Source of the DNA: Bdellovibrionota bacterium
GTDB lineage: Bacteria; Bdellovibrionota_G; JALEGL01; DATDPG01
Direction of reading: 5' to 3'
DNA length: 64,000 bases
Assembly: GCA_963668355.1 (NCBI GenBank)
Contig: OY764265.1
Span: forward strand, 832,001 to 896,000
The translations under genes were made by a program, and so were the position numbers. The notes below the pieces were generated by a model that saw only the letters and a program-made list of their open reading frames with translations, was not told the DNA's origin and did not search any database. Positions 1 through 9,153 of the stretch are shown piece by piece (the first letter of the stretch is position 1; the number at the start of each line of letters is the position of its first letter).

Positions 1-939
1 AATCGTTAGACTTCCACCATCTTCAATATTTCGAGCTGCACCAAAGAAACGTTTGGGACGATGGAGCGCGTTGGAATCCACACCTCCAGAGAGAATTTTC
101 CCAGAGGAAGGAGCCACCGTATTGTATGCACGGGCCAATCGCGTAATGGAATCCAATAGAATGACCACGTCTTTTTTGTGCTCAACCAATCGTTTGGCCT
201 TCTCAATCACCATTTCAGCCACTTGAACATGTCGTTGTGGAGGTTCATCAAAGGTAGAACTGACCACTTCGCCGTTAACCGTGCGTTCCATGTCCGTAAC
301 TTCTTCCGGTCGCTCATCAATCAACAACACGAGAAGTTCCACTTCTGGATGATTCTTTGTGATGGATTTCGCAATGTTTTGAAGGAGAATCGTCTTTCCC
401 GCCCGGGGAGGAGAAACAATGAGTCCCCGTTGTCCCTTACCAATGGGGCACAGGAGATCCATGATTCGCGTGGAATACTCTTTGGGAAAGGCCTCTAGCT
501 TAAGACGTTCTTCTGGAAACAAGGGCGTTAGGTTGTCAAAGAGGATCTTATCTTTCGCCACTTCAGGTTTATCCGTGTTCACGGAATCCACTTTCAACAA
601 AGCAAAATAACGCTCTGAATCTTTCGGAGGACGAATCGACCCCGTAATGGAGTCTCCTGTTCTCAACCGAAATCGGCGAATCTGAGAAGGGGAAACATAA
701 ATGTCATCAGGACCTGGAAGATAATTGTATTCAGGGCCCCTTAAAAAACCAAAGCCATCGGGCAATATTTCCAATACGCCGTCAGCGATGATGGAGTCAG
801 CATTTTCTTCCGTCGCTGCTTGCAATAAGGAAAAAATCAATTCCGATTTTCGTAGACCTCCAACCGTTTCAACGCCCATATCCTTGGCGATGGCTGCAAG
901 ATCCTTCATGCTTTTTTCTTTAAGTTCCCTCAGATTCAT
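1..939 (-). CDS. rho: Transcription termination factor Rho (5' part; runs off the window edge)
   Basis: Not in the ORF track (no stop inside the window). Manual translation from ATG at 939: [10 protein letters not shown]...[15 protein letters not shown]...[19 protein letters not shown]...[19 protein letters not shown]...[13 protein letters not shown]...[12 protein letters not shown]...[18 protein letters not shown], the canonical Rho motifs. Confidence 0.98.
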   Translation of the reverse strand, partial: MNLRELKEKSMKDLAAIAKDMGVETVGGLRKSELIFSLLQAATEENADSIIADGVLEILPDGFGFLRGPEYNYLPGPDDIYVSPSQIRRFRLRTGDSITGSIRPPKDSERYFALLKVDSVNTDKPEVAKDKILFDNLTPLFPEERLKLEAFPKEYSTRIMDLLCPIGKGQRGLIVSPPRAGKTILLQNIAKSITKNHPEVELLVLLIDERPEEVTDMERTVNGEVVSSTFDEPPQRHVQVAEMVIEKAKRLVEHKKDVVILLDSITRLARAYNTVAPSSGKILSGGVDSNALHRPKRFFGAARNIEDGGSLTI

Positions 940-1168
940 TATTTTCTCATTTCGTTTCTTTGATTTGTCATAGAAGAACAGGGCGTCCCCGAGAGTCGGC
1001 ACCTCGATCAAGAGGAGCACTAACGCAATTAAATTTCAGGATTGAAAAAGGGTGGTAAATCAGGCCAAGCACTTAATAATGATGATCAAATACCACCTAC
1101 ACCCTATTTATGAGGGGCTGTATACATGAATGCCGCATCAAATCAACCCCTTTGGACAGGTCCCCACA

Positions 1169-2053
1169 CTAAAAAACCCGAGGCCAGGAGCCCTGATCTG
1201 GACCGTGTGTCACAAGAAAAGCCAAGAGCCATCGCTCCAGCCCAAACCCCACACAAGCGCTATAGGCCGGAGTTTCATCGGAAAGACGAATATCAAACCA
1301 TTCTCCAAATCGTGTTTCGTGATTGTTCGCCGAGAAAATCGCCAAAGGCTGATCACTCCTGAGCGGAAATGTAAGCTCCTGCTTCAAAGCCTTTAGTTTT
1401 TGCAAAAACTTCTTATCCTTGGCGGTCGCAGAAAAAAACGGATCCGTCGCATCCGCAATGGATACAGGAATTCCAAGGGTGTCCGCCAATTCCTTGGCTC
1501 GGTTCATTTCTTTTTCCTTAAAACTCACAATGGCTTTTTCACTTCCAATGCATACGATCTCTCGCATCGTAAAAGCCCAGCCCCGTTCCAAAGGCCGGAA
1601 ACGATCGCCTTCGTGTCTCCAACAAGTTCCCTGAGCCGTCATCAAGCAGGTTTCTGGAAGGGTTTGACCTTTCAGATTCGCATAAGTGTGATAGCACACG
1701 GCTGGTGGCATCGCAGCCTCTGGAGGAAGAATGGACTCTTTGGCCGCTTTCGTTTTGTCAGAGGCTTGCGCTACGGATTCCAACACACTGGGGTCATCAC
1801 TCAAATGGGCTGCAGCCGTAAGCCATTGAGGAAAGGAGGCAAAGTAGTCGGCTCGCTCCAAAGTTTCAAACGCAATTCCCTGGGGAGAACTCCACTCATT
1901 CGAGGTGCTCTCCAAACAATGACTGCGAATTTTAAAATCAATCTTTTGAAAAAGGTCCCAGGTATCCCCCTTCATCCCGACCAAGCCAGGACGAACTTCC
2001 CAAAGCTCTCCCTTATTCTTCAATGATGCAATGATTTCTTCTGGTGCCTTCAT
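1169..2053 (-). CDS. Amino acid:[carrier protein] ligase (atypical SerRS-like class II aaRS catalytic domain, no tRNA-binding domain)
   Basis: 294 aa; PPAVCYH, CWRHEG, FTMREIVCIG, ATDPFF, SANNH, SACVGFGLERW (Cys/Glu/Cys Zn ligands; motif 2 and motif 3); adjacent to an ACP-containing gene. Confidence 0.85.
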   Translation of the reverse strand: MKAPEEIIASLKNKGELWEVRPGLVGMKGDTWDLFQKIDFKIRSHCLESTSNEWSSPQGIAFETLERADYFASFPQWLTAAAHLSDDPSVLESVAQASDKTKAAKESILPPEAAMPPAVCYHTYANLKGQTLPETCLMTAQGTCWRHEGDRFRPLERGWAFTMREIVCIGSEKAIVSFKEKEMNRAKELADTLGIPVSIADATDPFFSATAKDKKFLQKLKALKQELTFPLRSDQPLAIFSANNHETRFGEWFDIRLSDETPAYSACVGFGLERWLLAFLVTHGPDQGSWPRVF

Positions 2054-2074
2054 GGGCTCTCCCTAACTGACTAT

Positions 2075-3202
2075 TTATGTCTTCGTTTTTCGTTTCACGT
2101 AGTCCGCAATGGCTCCCGCGCTTTCAAAGCTCTTCTTCTCAACCTCCTCCAAAGCCACACTTATCTTAAATTTTTCTTCCAAAAACGTAATGAGTTCAAA
2201 GAAACGCAAAGAAGTCAGTACTCCAGCATCAAATAAATTGGTTTCTACGCTCAACGGCGTTTCTCTCTGGGGGGATTTTGCTTGCAAAAACGCACAAATC
2301 AACTCTGCATGGCTCTCGGACTTAGATGAAAGTGGTTTTTTTGGCTTCGTCGTCGAAGGCTTAGTCGTAGCATACTTCTCAACAAACTCTTCCACGGGCA
2401 AATCAAAACTTTTTGCTTCCTGGCGAATCTTCTCTTCACTCCAATCCCACCACTTGATGTCCAATAACTTTTCAATGACGGAACGGGAAAAACGATATCT
2501 GAGAATTTTGGCGGGATTTCCAGCCACAATGGCGAAATCGGGGACATCTTCCATAACATGGCTGTTGGCTCCAATGACAGCTCCGTTTCCGATACGCACG
2601 CCTCCCATAATGGTCGCATTCAAGCCAATCCACACTTCATTCTGAATCACAATCTTATCAAACCGACCATCTCGAATCATGGCGGTTTCATTCTTTGGAT
2701 CGAAATCTTCAGAAAAATGGGCACTCACACGGAAATGAGACACCGCGTCGGGGTTGTGCTGCCCCCCAAGAAGAAATTGGACTCCATCTGCAAAATTGCA
2801 AAACTTCCCCACCTCGACACACTCACTCGGAGCTCCTGTTCCCCAGACATTGAGCTTTACCGCGTTCCAATTGGAACAAATGATTTCTGGCCCACCAAAA
2901 CCACTCACCTGTTCTGTGGTAGAAATGGGCAAGCCTCTAAGCAGCCCTTTTTGAACCAAATCGTCCAAAATGTTTTCAAATTGTGATTCTGAGAGGCCTT
3001 CCCACTTAGAATCGGCATGCATTAGTTTTTGAAATACGTTCCGAGGGAGATCTTGTCCGACAAAGAGCCGGAGAATAAAAAGCACATCATTGGAAATGAT
3101 GTGCCGACCCTGCGTTTGAGAACCGTTTACCTCAAACTTGCCCGAATGTGACAACTTGAACGAAACATTTTTATCAAGCTCATAGAGTCTATCCCAGTAC
3201 AC
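2075..3202 (-). CDS. Fusion: N-terminal RRE/PqqD-like domain + CatB/Vat-type hexapeptide (LbH) acetyltransferase + C-terminal acyl/aminoacyl carrier protein
   Basis: Hexapeptide repeats (EVWIGLNATIMGGVRIGNGAVIGANSHV, VAGNPAKILRYRF, WWDWSEEKI) with His in GGQHNP. C-terminal LFDAGVLTSLRFFELITFLEEKF is an ACP with the Ppant serine. N-terminal ~90 aa beta-then-alpha pattern ends ILDDLVQKGLL. Confidence 0.8.
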   Translation of the reverse strand: MYWDRLYELDKNVSFKLSHSGKFEVNGSQTQGRHIISNDVLFILRLFVGQDLPRNVFQKLMHADSKWEGLSESQFENILDDLVQKGLLRGLPISTTEQVSGFGGPEIICSNWNAVKLNVWGTGAPSECVEVGKFCNFADGVQFLLGGQHNPDAVSHFRVSAHFSEDFDPKNETAMIRDGRFDKIVIQNEVWIGLNATIMGGVRIGNGAVIGANSHVMEDVPDFAIVAGNPAKILRYRFSRSVIEKLLDIKWWDWSEEKIRQEAKSFDLPVEEFVEKYATTKPSTTKPKKPLSSKSESHAELICAFLQAKSPQRETPLSVETNLFDAGVLTSLRFFELITFLEEKFKISVALEEVEKKSFESAGAIADYVKRKTKT

Positions 3203-3258
3203 GCAAGCATCCTCCTCTTGAAATCAACCGGCGACATTCCCATGATAGCACTCCGGTT

Positions 3259-4332
3259 TCATCCAGAGGATTCATTTTTTGCCAATCTTTCCTTTTCCCA
3301 AGCTTGAAGCAATTCAACTCGGTTCTCTGGAGGAATGGGCAACACGCCCGTTGGGCAATGATTTCGTCGGGCACAAAAATCTTGCCACCATTGATTTAAA
3401 TTTCCCTCCAAGCAGGTCTCCAAACTTTTCGAGGCCGACTGAATCACTCGAAGAAGTTCCTCTTTTAACTCGGATGGCATGCAGCATCGTCCCTTTTCGG
3501 ATTCAAGAGATTTTGAAAATCGATCGGGACTAAAAAGTTTCGTTCGAAATTTGTCCCAATAGTCGACTTCGGGAATCAGCACATATGCTTTTTCCTGCCC
3601 CACCATCGCTGAGATTTCACGAACGAGCGTCAAAACCGAATAGTGGGCATCGGCTCGAATGGCAATCGAAACGGTTTGCTCTTCATCCGGAACACGAACT
3701 TCATGCATCATTCCATCATGAAAATACAAAACTTCACCCGCACGAAGTTCAACCTCTTCGACCGGCCCCGCGAACCTTTCCGGATTGTCTCGAAAATTGT
3801 AATCAAAAAGAATTTTTTCTTGAAAATCTTTCCTGGGGCCCCACGTGCGAATGATTTTTGTGCCTTGAAGCTGAAACAGAAAATTATTTCCGGGGTCGTT
3901 ATGGGCATTGTATAAATGACCACCGCCCGTAATGAACATGGCATTCCCAACGGAACATCCGAAGGGATGATGATGGGCCAACTCTGGAAGAAAATATGAA
4001 TCGGCAAATGTTTTTAACTCCGAAACAACATTGAAAACGGGCTCAATTTGAAGCTGCACAGGGGCTCCGCTTCTCACCCCCTCAATCAGACCTTCTCGAA
4101 CTTCTTGAGGTGCATTTCCACGAGCCGCATAAATCATTCCCGATTCGCCCTCGTCCACTCCTTGAAGCGCTTTTCGCATGACCGTCCCCATCAAACGTGG
4201 TTCCTTAGTGCAAAGATTTAGGCTCCATTCCAGTGGATTCTCTGGAAGAGGAAACTCTTTTGGGATCTTCATCACCTTTGGACCACGAGTTCCCCAGAGC
4301 TGATTCAATTGTTCAATGGAAGATTTCGGCAT
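3259..4332 (-). CDS. JmjC/cupin-like 2-oxoglutarate-Fe(II) oxygenase
   Basis: AHNDPGNNFLFQLQGTK (HxD) and GEVLYFHDGMMHEV (distal His), typical of RoxA/Cupin_4-like JmjC proteins. Confidence 0.8.
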   Translation of the reverse strand: MPKSSIEQLNQLWGTRGPKVMKIPKEFPLPENPLEWSLNLCTKEPRLMGTVMRKALQGVDEGESGMIYAARGNAPQEVREGLIEGVRSGAPVQLQIEPVFNVVSELKTFADSYFLPELAHHHPFGCSVGNAMFITGGGHLYNAHNDPGNNFLFQLQGTKIIRTWGPRKDFQEKILFDYNFRDNPERFAGPVEEVELRAGEVLYFHDGMMHEVRVPDEEQTVSIAIRADAHYSVLTLVREISAMVGQEKAYVLIPEVDYWDKFRTKLFSPDRFSKSLESEKGRCCMPSELKEELLRVIQSASKSLETCLEGNLNQWWQDFCARRNHCPTGVLPIPPENRVELLQAWEKERLAKNESSG

Positions 4333-4386
4333 AAATATAAAGAAACGCGATTATATCACGCCCTTCACAAGGAAGGGAGAGGGGAA

Positions 4387-5679
4387 CTATGATTCCGACT
4401 TTCCTTCTTTTGGAGGCCCGGATAACGGAACCACGATCGTAAAGGTGGTTCCCTTTCCCTCTTCAGATTCGACTTCGATTCGCCCCCCATGACGCTCGAC
4501 AATTCCATACGAGATGGACAAACCCAAGCCCGTCCCTTTTCCGATTTCTTTGGTGGTATAAAAAGGATCGAAAATCTTAGCTAAATGCTTTTGGGGGATC
4601 CCGCCTCCATTGTCTTTGATTTCGACATGAACCATGTCATCTTTCACGTATGTCTTGAGCCAAACCTCTCCTTCACCTTCGATGGCTTGAGCCGCATTGT
4701 GAAGAATGTTCATATATACTTGATTGAGCTGGCTGGCGAAACACGGGACCAGAGGCAACTCCGCAAAATCTCGATGTACCGTAATGCGGTTTTTATATTC
4801 ATTCCGAAGCAAGGTTAATGTCATATCAATGTCTTGATGAATATCCGTTTCTTTCACCTGCGCTTCGTCCAGCCGAGAGAAGGTTCTCAGTCCTTGTATG
4901 ATCTCAGCAGCTCGCTCACTCCCATGCCGAATGCTCTTTACGACCTTTGAGAAATCATCCATGACAAAGTCATAATCAATTTGAGTTTTCATATTGGAAA
5001 ACTTTTCAAGTAAGGAGGGGTCTCCTCCAACAAGCTTCTCCGCTTCCAAAATTAGCTTTTCCAAGTCGTCTCGATACTCCACCAGACTCTCTGAGTTCCC
5101 GTAAATGAAGTTGATGGGATTGTTCAGTTCGTGGGCAATGCCTGCCACCATCTGTCCTAGGGAAGACATTTTTTCAGAATGAACCAATTGAGACTGCGTG
5201 GCCCTTAGCTCCTTGGTCCGTTCATCGACCAAACGTTCCAGCTCTTCCTTGGCCAATTTCTCTTTGTCCAAGAGGATCTTATATTTGGCATGAATGCGCG
5301 CTTCATCTGTCACATCCCGATGCACTTCCAACACAGAAACAACGTCACCAGAAGCATTCTTAATGGGAATGGCCGTGACAATTAAATTTAGATCGTTTCC
5401 CTCAATGGTCTTTCCCTTCACTTCATCGAAACGAACGGACACCCCCGATTCAAGACATTGCTTTACGATGCAATTCTTCTCACAAATCTCAAGATTGACA
5501 TGATCCCGGCAAAAATTTCCATTCAAAGCTTTGGATTTTCGACGGTCGATCTGATGCAGCATAAGAAAAGGCCGATTGAAATCTTCAATTTTGCGATCTT
5601 TATCGACGACGAATGCTGAGTCTGTGACCCCTTTGACCAGATCAATGATTGGAGAAAGCGCTTTATCTGTTTTAGACAT
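4387..5679 (-). CDS. PAS-domain sensor histidine kinase (NtrB-like)
   Basis: N-terminal PAS; H-box SEKMSSLGQMVAGIAHELNNP; N-box QVYMNILHNAAQA; G boxes DNGGGI, FDPFYTTK, GKGTGLGL. Confidence 0.95.
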   Translation of the reverse strand: MSKTDKALSPIIDLVKGVTDSAFVVDKDRKIEDFNRPFLMLHQIDRRKSKALNGNFCRDHVNLEICEKNCIVKQCLESGVSVRFDEVKGKTIEGNDLNLIVTAIPIKNASGDVVSVLEVHRDVTDEARIHAKYKILLDKEKLAKEELERLVDERTKELRATQSQLVHSEKMSSLGQMVAGIAHELNNPINFIYGNSESLVEYRDDLEKLILEAEKLVGGDPSLLEKFSNMKTQIDYDFVMDDFSKVVKSIRHGSERAAEIIQGLRTFSRLDEAQVKETDIHQDIDMTLTLLRNEYKNRITVHRDFAELPLVPCFASQLNQVYMNILHNAAQAIEGEGEVWLKTYVKDDMVHVEIKDNGGGIPQKHLAKIFDPFYTTKEIGKGTGLGLSISYGIVERHGGRIEVESEEGKGTTFTIVVPLSGPPKEGKSES

Positions 5680-5689
5680 CCAGCAAAAA

Positions 5690-6220
5690 CTATTTCGAAG
5701 CGAGGACTTTTAACACCTCAGATTCAACGGTCCTGCCTTGTTGATGCTTGAGAAAATAAAAGTATTCGTCTTCAATATCATTGAACTCCAGAGTCCCTTT
5801 TTCTTCCTCTGTCAACAGAGCTTCTGGATCAGGGTCTTCTTCGGGGGTCTTGCCATCAGGAAGCGCATAAAGTCTCATTTCTTCCTTATCTTCGTTCTCA
5901 CTGTAGAAGGGCAAGTAAAACGAAAAAACCATTCCGCCCCCACCAAAATTGGAAATCATATTGAATTGCTCTACAAAAGCGGGCGGACATCGATGAAAAA
6001 TGACTTGTTTTGAATTCTCGCAAATCTCCTTCATCACGTTGATCCACTGCCGAATTCCGTATGAATTGATTCGCTCAACCTTATCTAAGTCGATGACCAC
6101 AAGAGGCTTGAGATCCTTATTCGCATCCTCGATTTGACTGTCTTCGGTAATATTGCCCTCCAACCGCAGAACAATCACATCTCCTGTGACCTCTCGATGA
6201 ATCTTCAAGACGTCGCCCAT
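5690..6220 (-). CDS. STAS-like (anti-sigma antagonist-like) protein
   Basis: LRLEGNITED, VVIDLDKVERINSYGIRQW (STAS DxS-G-like motif), CPPAFVEQFNMI. Confidence 0.7.
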   Translation of the reverse strand: MGDVLKIHREVTGDVIVLRLEGNITEDSQIEDANKDLKPLVVIDLDKVERINSYGIRQWINVMKEICENSKQVIFHRCPPAFVEQFNMISNFGGGGMVFSFYLPFYSENEDKEEMRLYALPDGKTPEEDPDPEALLTEEEKGTLEFNDIEDEYFYFLKHQQGRTVESEVLKVLASK

Positions 6221-6231
6221 AGTTTCCTCAC

Positions 6232-7194
6232 TTACTCCTGCTTTACAAAGATGTTAAAGGATTTACTTCGCGATTTCGTGTCTCGGTAACTGGCCCGAAT
6301 GTCGATTAACCCCAAAGTCTCAGTCATTTTCCCCGGATGGATGTTCACCACCAACTGATTTAAAGATTGAAAAATCATATAGAAACCGACACCCGCTCCG
6401 CCGGCCTTTGTATCAATCTGGTACTCATCCGCCGCAAAGCATTTTCGCAAATAGCTGACAACCGTTTCTCCTTTTAAAGCCCCAAAACGGTCTCTGCAGG
6501 CGATTGCGAAGTATCGCCCGTCACTTCCATATTCCAGAATCGCTCGATCTTTGGCTTTAAGCTGAACGCGATCCGTTCGAGGAAGATGGGCATACATCGA
6601 TTTGCCATCATCATCCACGGGCGCGTCATAAAGGGCATTCATCAACAACTCATCTGCAACGATTTCCGCCAAACGTACAAATCGTTTGTCACATTGAAGA
6701 TTCCGTACAAAGTCACCTACCCGCTGAACTTGATCCTGCTTTTCGGCCGAGTCCTGAACTACCTCTTGAACCAGATTGACGCCCCACACCAAGTATTTTT
6801 CAAGGCCGAAAATATCTTGTCGGAGAAGTTTTTCTGTCGTGATGATGACCTCTTCCTCGCTTACCTTTTCGTTTCGAGCAATCAGATTTCGAAGTTGGTC
6901 ATGGGAAAATAGTTCAACCAGATGATCTTTATCTCTCCGTTGAGACAATAAAATCAGGGGAGTCTTTCCTTCTTTTCCCAAATAATCGCGAATGTACGTT
7001 TTGGCTTCAGCCTCCGGAGAATCATAATTGGCCAAGGTCAGGTCAAACGAACTTCCGGCCAAAGCTTCATCGACCTCCTCTTTAGAAGTAACGATCACCA
7101 CGTCGCTACCTGCAGAAAGCAAGGCTCGATGAACGACCTTTCGAAATGATGGATCCGAAGCGGGATCCATGAATAGAATTCTTTTACCTTTCAA
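6232..7194 (-). CDS. Atypical receiver domain + HATPase-like (anti-sigma kinase-like) domain protein
   Basis: N-terminal RILFMD receiver-like fold; ADELLMNALYDAP, DRFG, GAGVGFYMI resemble GHKL N/G boxes. Confidence 0.65.
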   Translation of the reverse strand: MKGKRILFMDPASDPSFRKVVHRALLSAGSDVVIVTSKEEVDEALAGSSFDLTLANYDSPEAEAKTYIRDYLGKEGKTPLILLSQRRDKDHLVELFSHDQLRNLIARNEKVSEEEVIITTEKLLRQDIFGLEKYLVWGVNLVQEVVQDSAEKQDQVQRVGDFVRNLQCDKRFVRLAEIVADELLMNALYDAPVDDDGKSMYAHLPRTDRVQLKAKDRAILEYGSDGRYFAIACRDRFGALKGETVVSYLRKCFAADEYQIDTKAGGAGVGFYMIFQSLNQLVVNIHPGKMTETLGLIDIRASYRDTKSRSKSFNIFVKQE

Positions 7195-7343
7195 TTTGAC
7201 CCTTTAAATCGTGAACTTATCGCATGGTATCAAGAAGTTAGGGCATACGCCAAGCTTCTTTAGCAAGAATGGAGGATATTTTACGACCTTTGGAGCTTTC
7301 CCTTGAATTTACCTTCGACCCGCCCAATAATGTAGGAAATCTC

Positions 7344-7874
7344 ATGAACGAATTGACAATGATCCTTCTGGCGGTTGTGGCGGCTTTTTTCCTCCTCAAC
7401 CAACTCATTATTTTAAGCCACATTCGAACCCTCCAGGGCCTCCTAAAGCAGTTCAAGGCCAATCTCCATGGCGAAAACAGGTCCAATCCCACACAGAATG
7501 TTCCTGACCAACGCCCCTCATCTACGGCACGTCGAATCAAGTTTCGTGCACAAACCAAAATTCCCGGAAAAGTCCTCCTCCGAGACAAATTTCATTCGGT
7601 GATCGTTGAGGACCTCAGCCAAACGGGCGCCATGATCCGCACAGAGGGAGACATAACGCTCAAAGTCAATTTCGAATACCCTTTTTCAACCCATTTACCT
7701 TCGGGAGAAAGCATTCAAGCCACGCTAAAAATCATTCGGATTGTCAGTGCAGAGGAGCATTCCTACGGAGCGTGTTTTGTAAATCTCCCCCTCAAAGAGA
7801 AAAAAATCTTAACCAAGTATGTGAATGATTCGGCCAATCAAGAATTGAACAAGGACATTATGTCCCTTAGCTAA
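7344..7874 (+). CDS. Membrane-anchored PilZ-domain protein
   Basis: Start moved to ATG 7344 (AGGA upstream); N-terminal hydrophobic helix; RRIKFR (RxxxR) and EDLSQTGA (DxSxxG). Confidence 0.85.
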   Translation: MNELTMILLAVVAAFFLLNQLIILSHIRTLQGLLKQFKANLHGENRSNPTQNVPDQRPSSTARRIKFRAQTKIPGKVLLRDKFHSVIVEDLSQTGAMIRTEGDITLKVNFEYPFSTHLPSGESIQATLKIIRIVSAEEHSYGACFVNLPLKEKKILTKYVNDSANQELNKDIMSLS

Positions 7875-9153
7875 TAAAGGCCTTGGAAAGAAGTAAGTGT
7901 GGCGCTCCTCGACCGGAGAGGTTTAAAAATTGGGCGTCTGCCAAGCAGCCTCCATCCTCCACCCATTTCGACTCATTTCCAACTCCCCGAATATTCGCCA
8001 GAGCTCCCGACAAATCTCCACTCAGAACAGGAGCCAAAACGTATTTTCCTAGCTTTCCCTTTCGAATTTCCTGTCCGAATTGACAGCATATCCCATACGA
8101 AGGTGTAGAAATAATGGCTCCCAAAGAACCCACCAAAATCAATCCTCGGTCGATCCGAGCCAGCAGAGATTCAAAAGAATCTTCTCCAGGAAGAATTCGA
8201 ATATTCGTCATTCTTGAAAGCGGTATATGTTTAAAATCTCGCGCACGGGCTCTTCCATTCGGCTTCTTTTGGCGCTGAAAGGCCGACTCCAAACAATTTA
8301 ATCCATTCATCAAAACGCCTTTTTCAATGATTCGAAGGGGGGAAGCCGTCACACCCTCATCATCAAAGGGCATGTTCAAAGCTCCCTGCGATGCCTGCGG
8401 GTCATCTTCTACAGAGAGATGTCCGGAGGCCACTCGACGTCCCAGTCCTTCTCCAAACGACAGAACATTTCGACGCCACTCCGCAGGATGTCCAAAGACT
8501 TCATGAGCAAAGACAGCGGAAACGGAAGGGTCCAACAAAACATCCATTTCGCCTGGCGCACACAACGAAGCATCTTTCAACTTTTCTTCTTCTTCCTTCA
8601 TCTCCTTGAAGGCCTGGGTGAGACTGTTTGGCGTTGGGTTGTGTAAAAAACGTCTCAAATGAAGGTTGCCCTGTGGAAGCTTTTCAGTGAGCTCCAGTCG
8701 AACCATGCGCGTCTGTTCCGTGCGCTCACGTTTCATCTTCATCGAATTTCCCCAAGACACCCTTCGATGGCGCCAAAGGAAGCGAGAATCTATATTGCCA
8801 TGAGCAAATGATTTTGCCACTTCCACCAAATCTTCAGAAATGGGTAAAAATTTCTCAGCGTCGGCTTCTTCTCGGATCGAAGGCTCACCCATCCTTTCAA
8901 AATGTTTTTTGATGAATCTTGAAAAATCCGTTTCTCGAAAGCTCAATCGAGGCTCATCCGGATTCAACAGAAAGGCATTATCCCCTGCAATCCGAATCAT
9001 CTCTCCCGATTGTTCCGCATTCACAACATCCTGAATCTCCCCATTTTTCACCCGAAAGCTCTCTTGCTGGATGTGCTCCTTCCGAACATCCGCATAACCG
9101 GACTCGTTTTTTTCTAGAGACTCCATAAATGCCTCGAATCGAGTTAGCCCCAT
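7867..9153 (-). CDS. tldD: TldD-family metalloprotease (catalytic subunit)
   Basis: VFAHEVFGHPAE (HExxGH), DDP, PFDDEG, NGRAR...RMTN, C-terminal Cys (GGCL); start at ATG 9153 after GAGG. Confidence 0.88.
   Translation of the reverse strand: MGLTRFEAFMESLEKNESGYADVRKEHIQQESFRVKNGEIQDVVNAEQSGEMIRIAGDNAFLLNPDEPRLSFRETDFSRFIKKHFERMGEPSIREEADAEKFLPISEDLVEVAKSFAHGNIDSRFLWRHRRVSWGNSMKMKRERTEQTRMVRLELTEKLPQGNLHLRRFLHNPTPNSLTQAFKEMKEEEEKLKDASLCAPGEMDVLLDPSVSAVFAHEVFGHPAEWRRNVLSFGEGLGRRVASGHLSVEDDPQASQGALNMPFDDEGVTASPLRIIEKGVLMNGLNCLESAFQRQKKPNGRARARDFKHIPLSRMTNIRILPGEDSFESLLARIDRGLILVGSLGAIISTPSYGICCQFGQEIRKGKLGKYVLAPVLSGDLSGALANIRGVGNESKWVEDGGCLADAQFLNLSGRGAPHLLLSKAFIS

Noticed and set aside
1169..2053. 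Housekeeping seryl-tRNA synthetase
   Set aside because: Only 294 aa, lacks the tRNA-binding arm, and is adjacent to an ACP-domain gene.
2075..3202. Antibiotic-resistance gene (catB/vat)
   Set aside because: The LbH domain is fused to RRE-like and ACP domains in a biosynthetic context; resistance is not supported.
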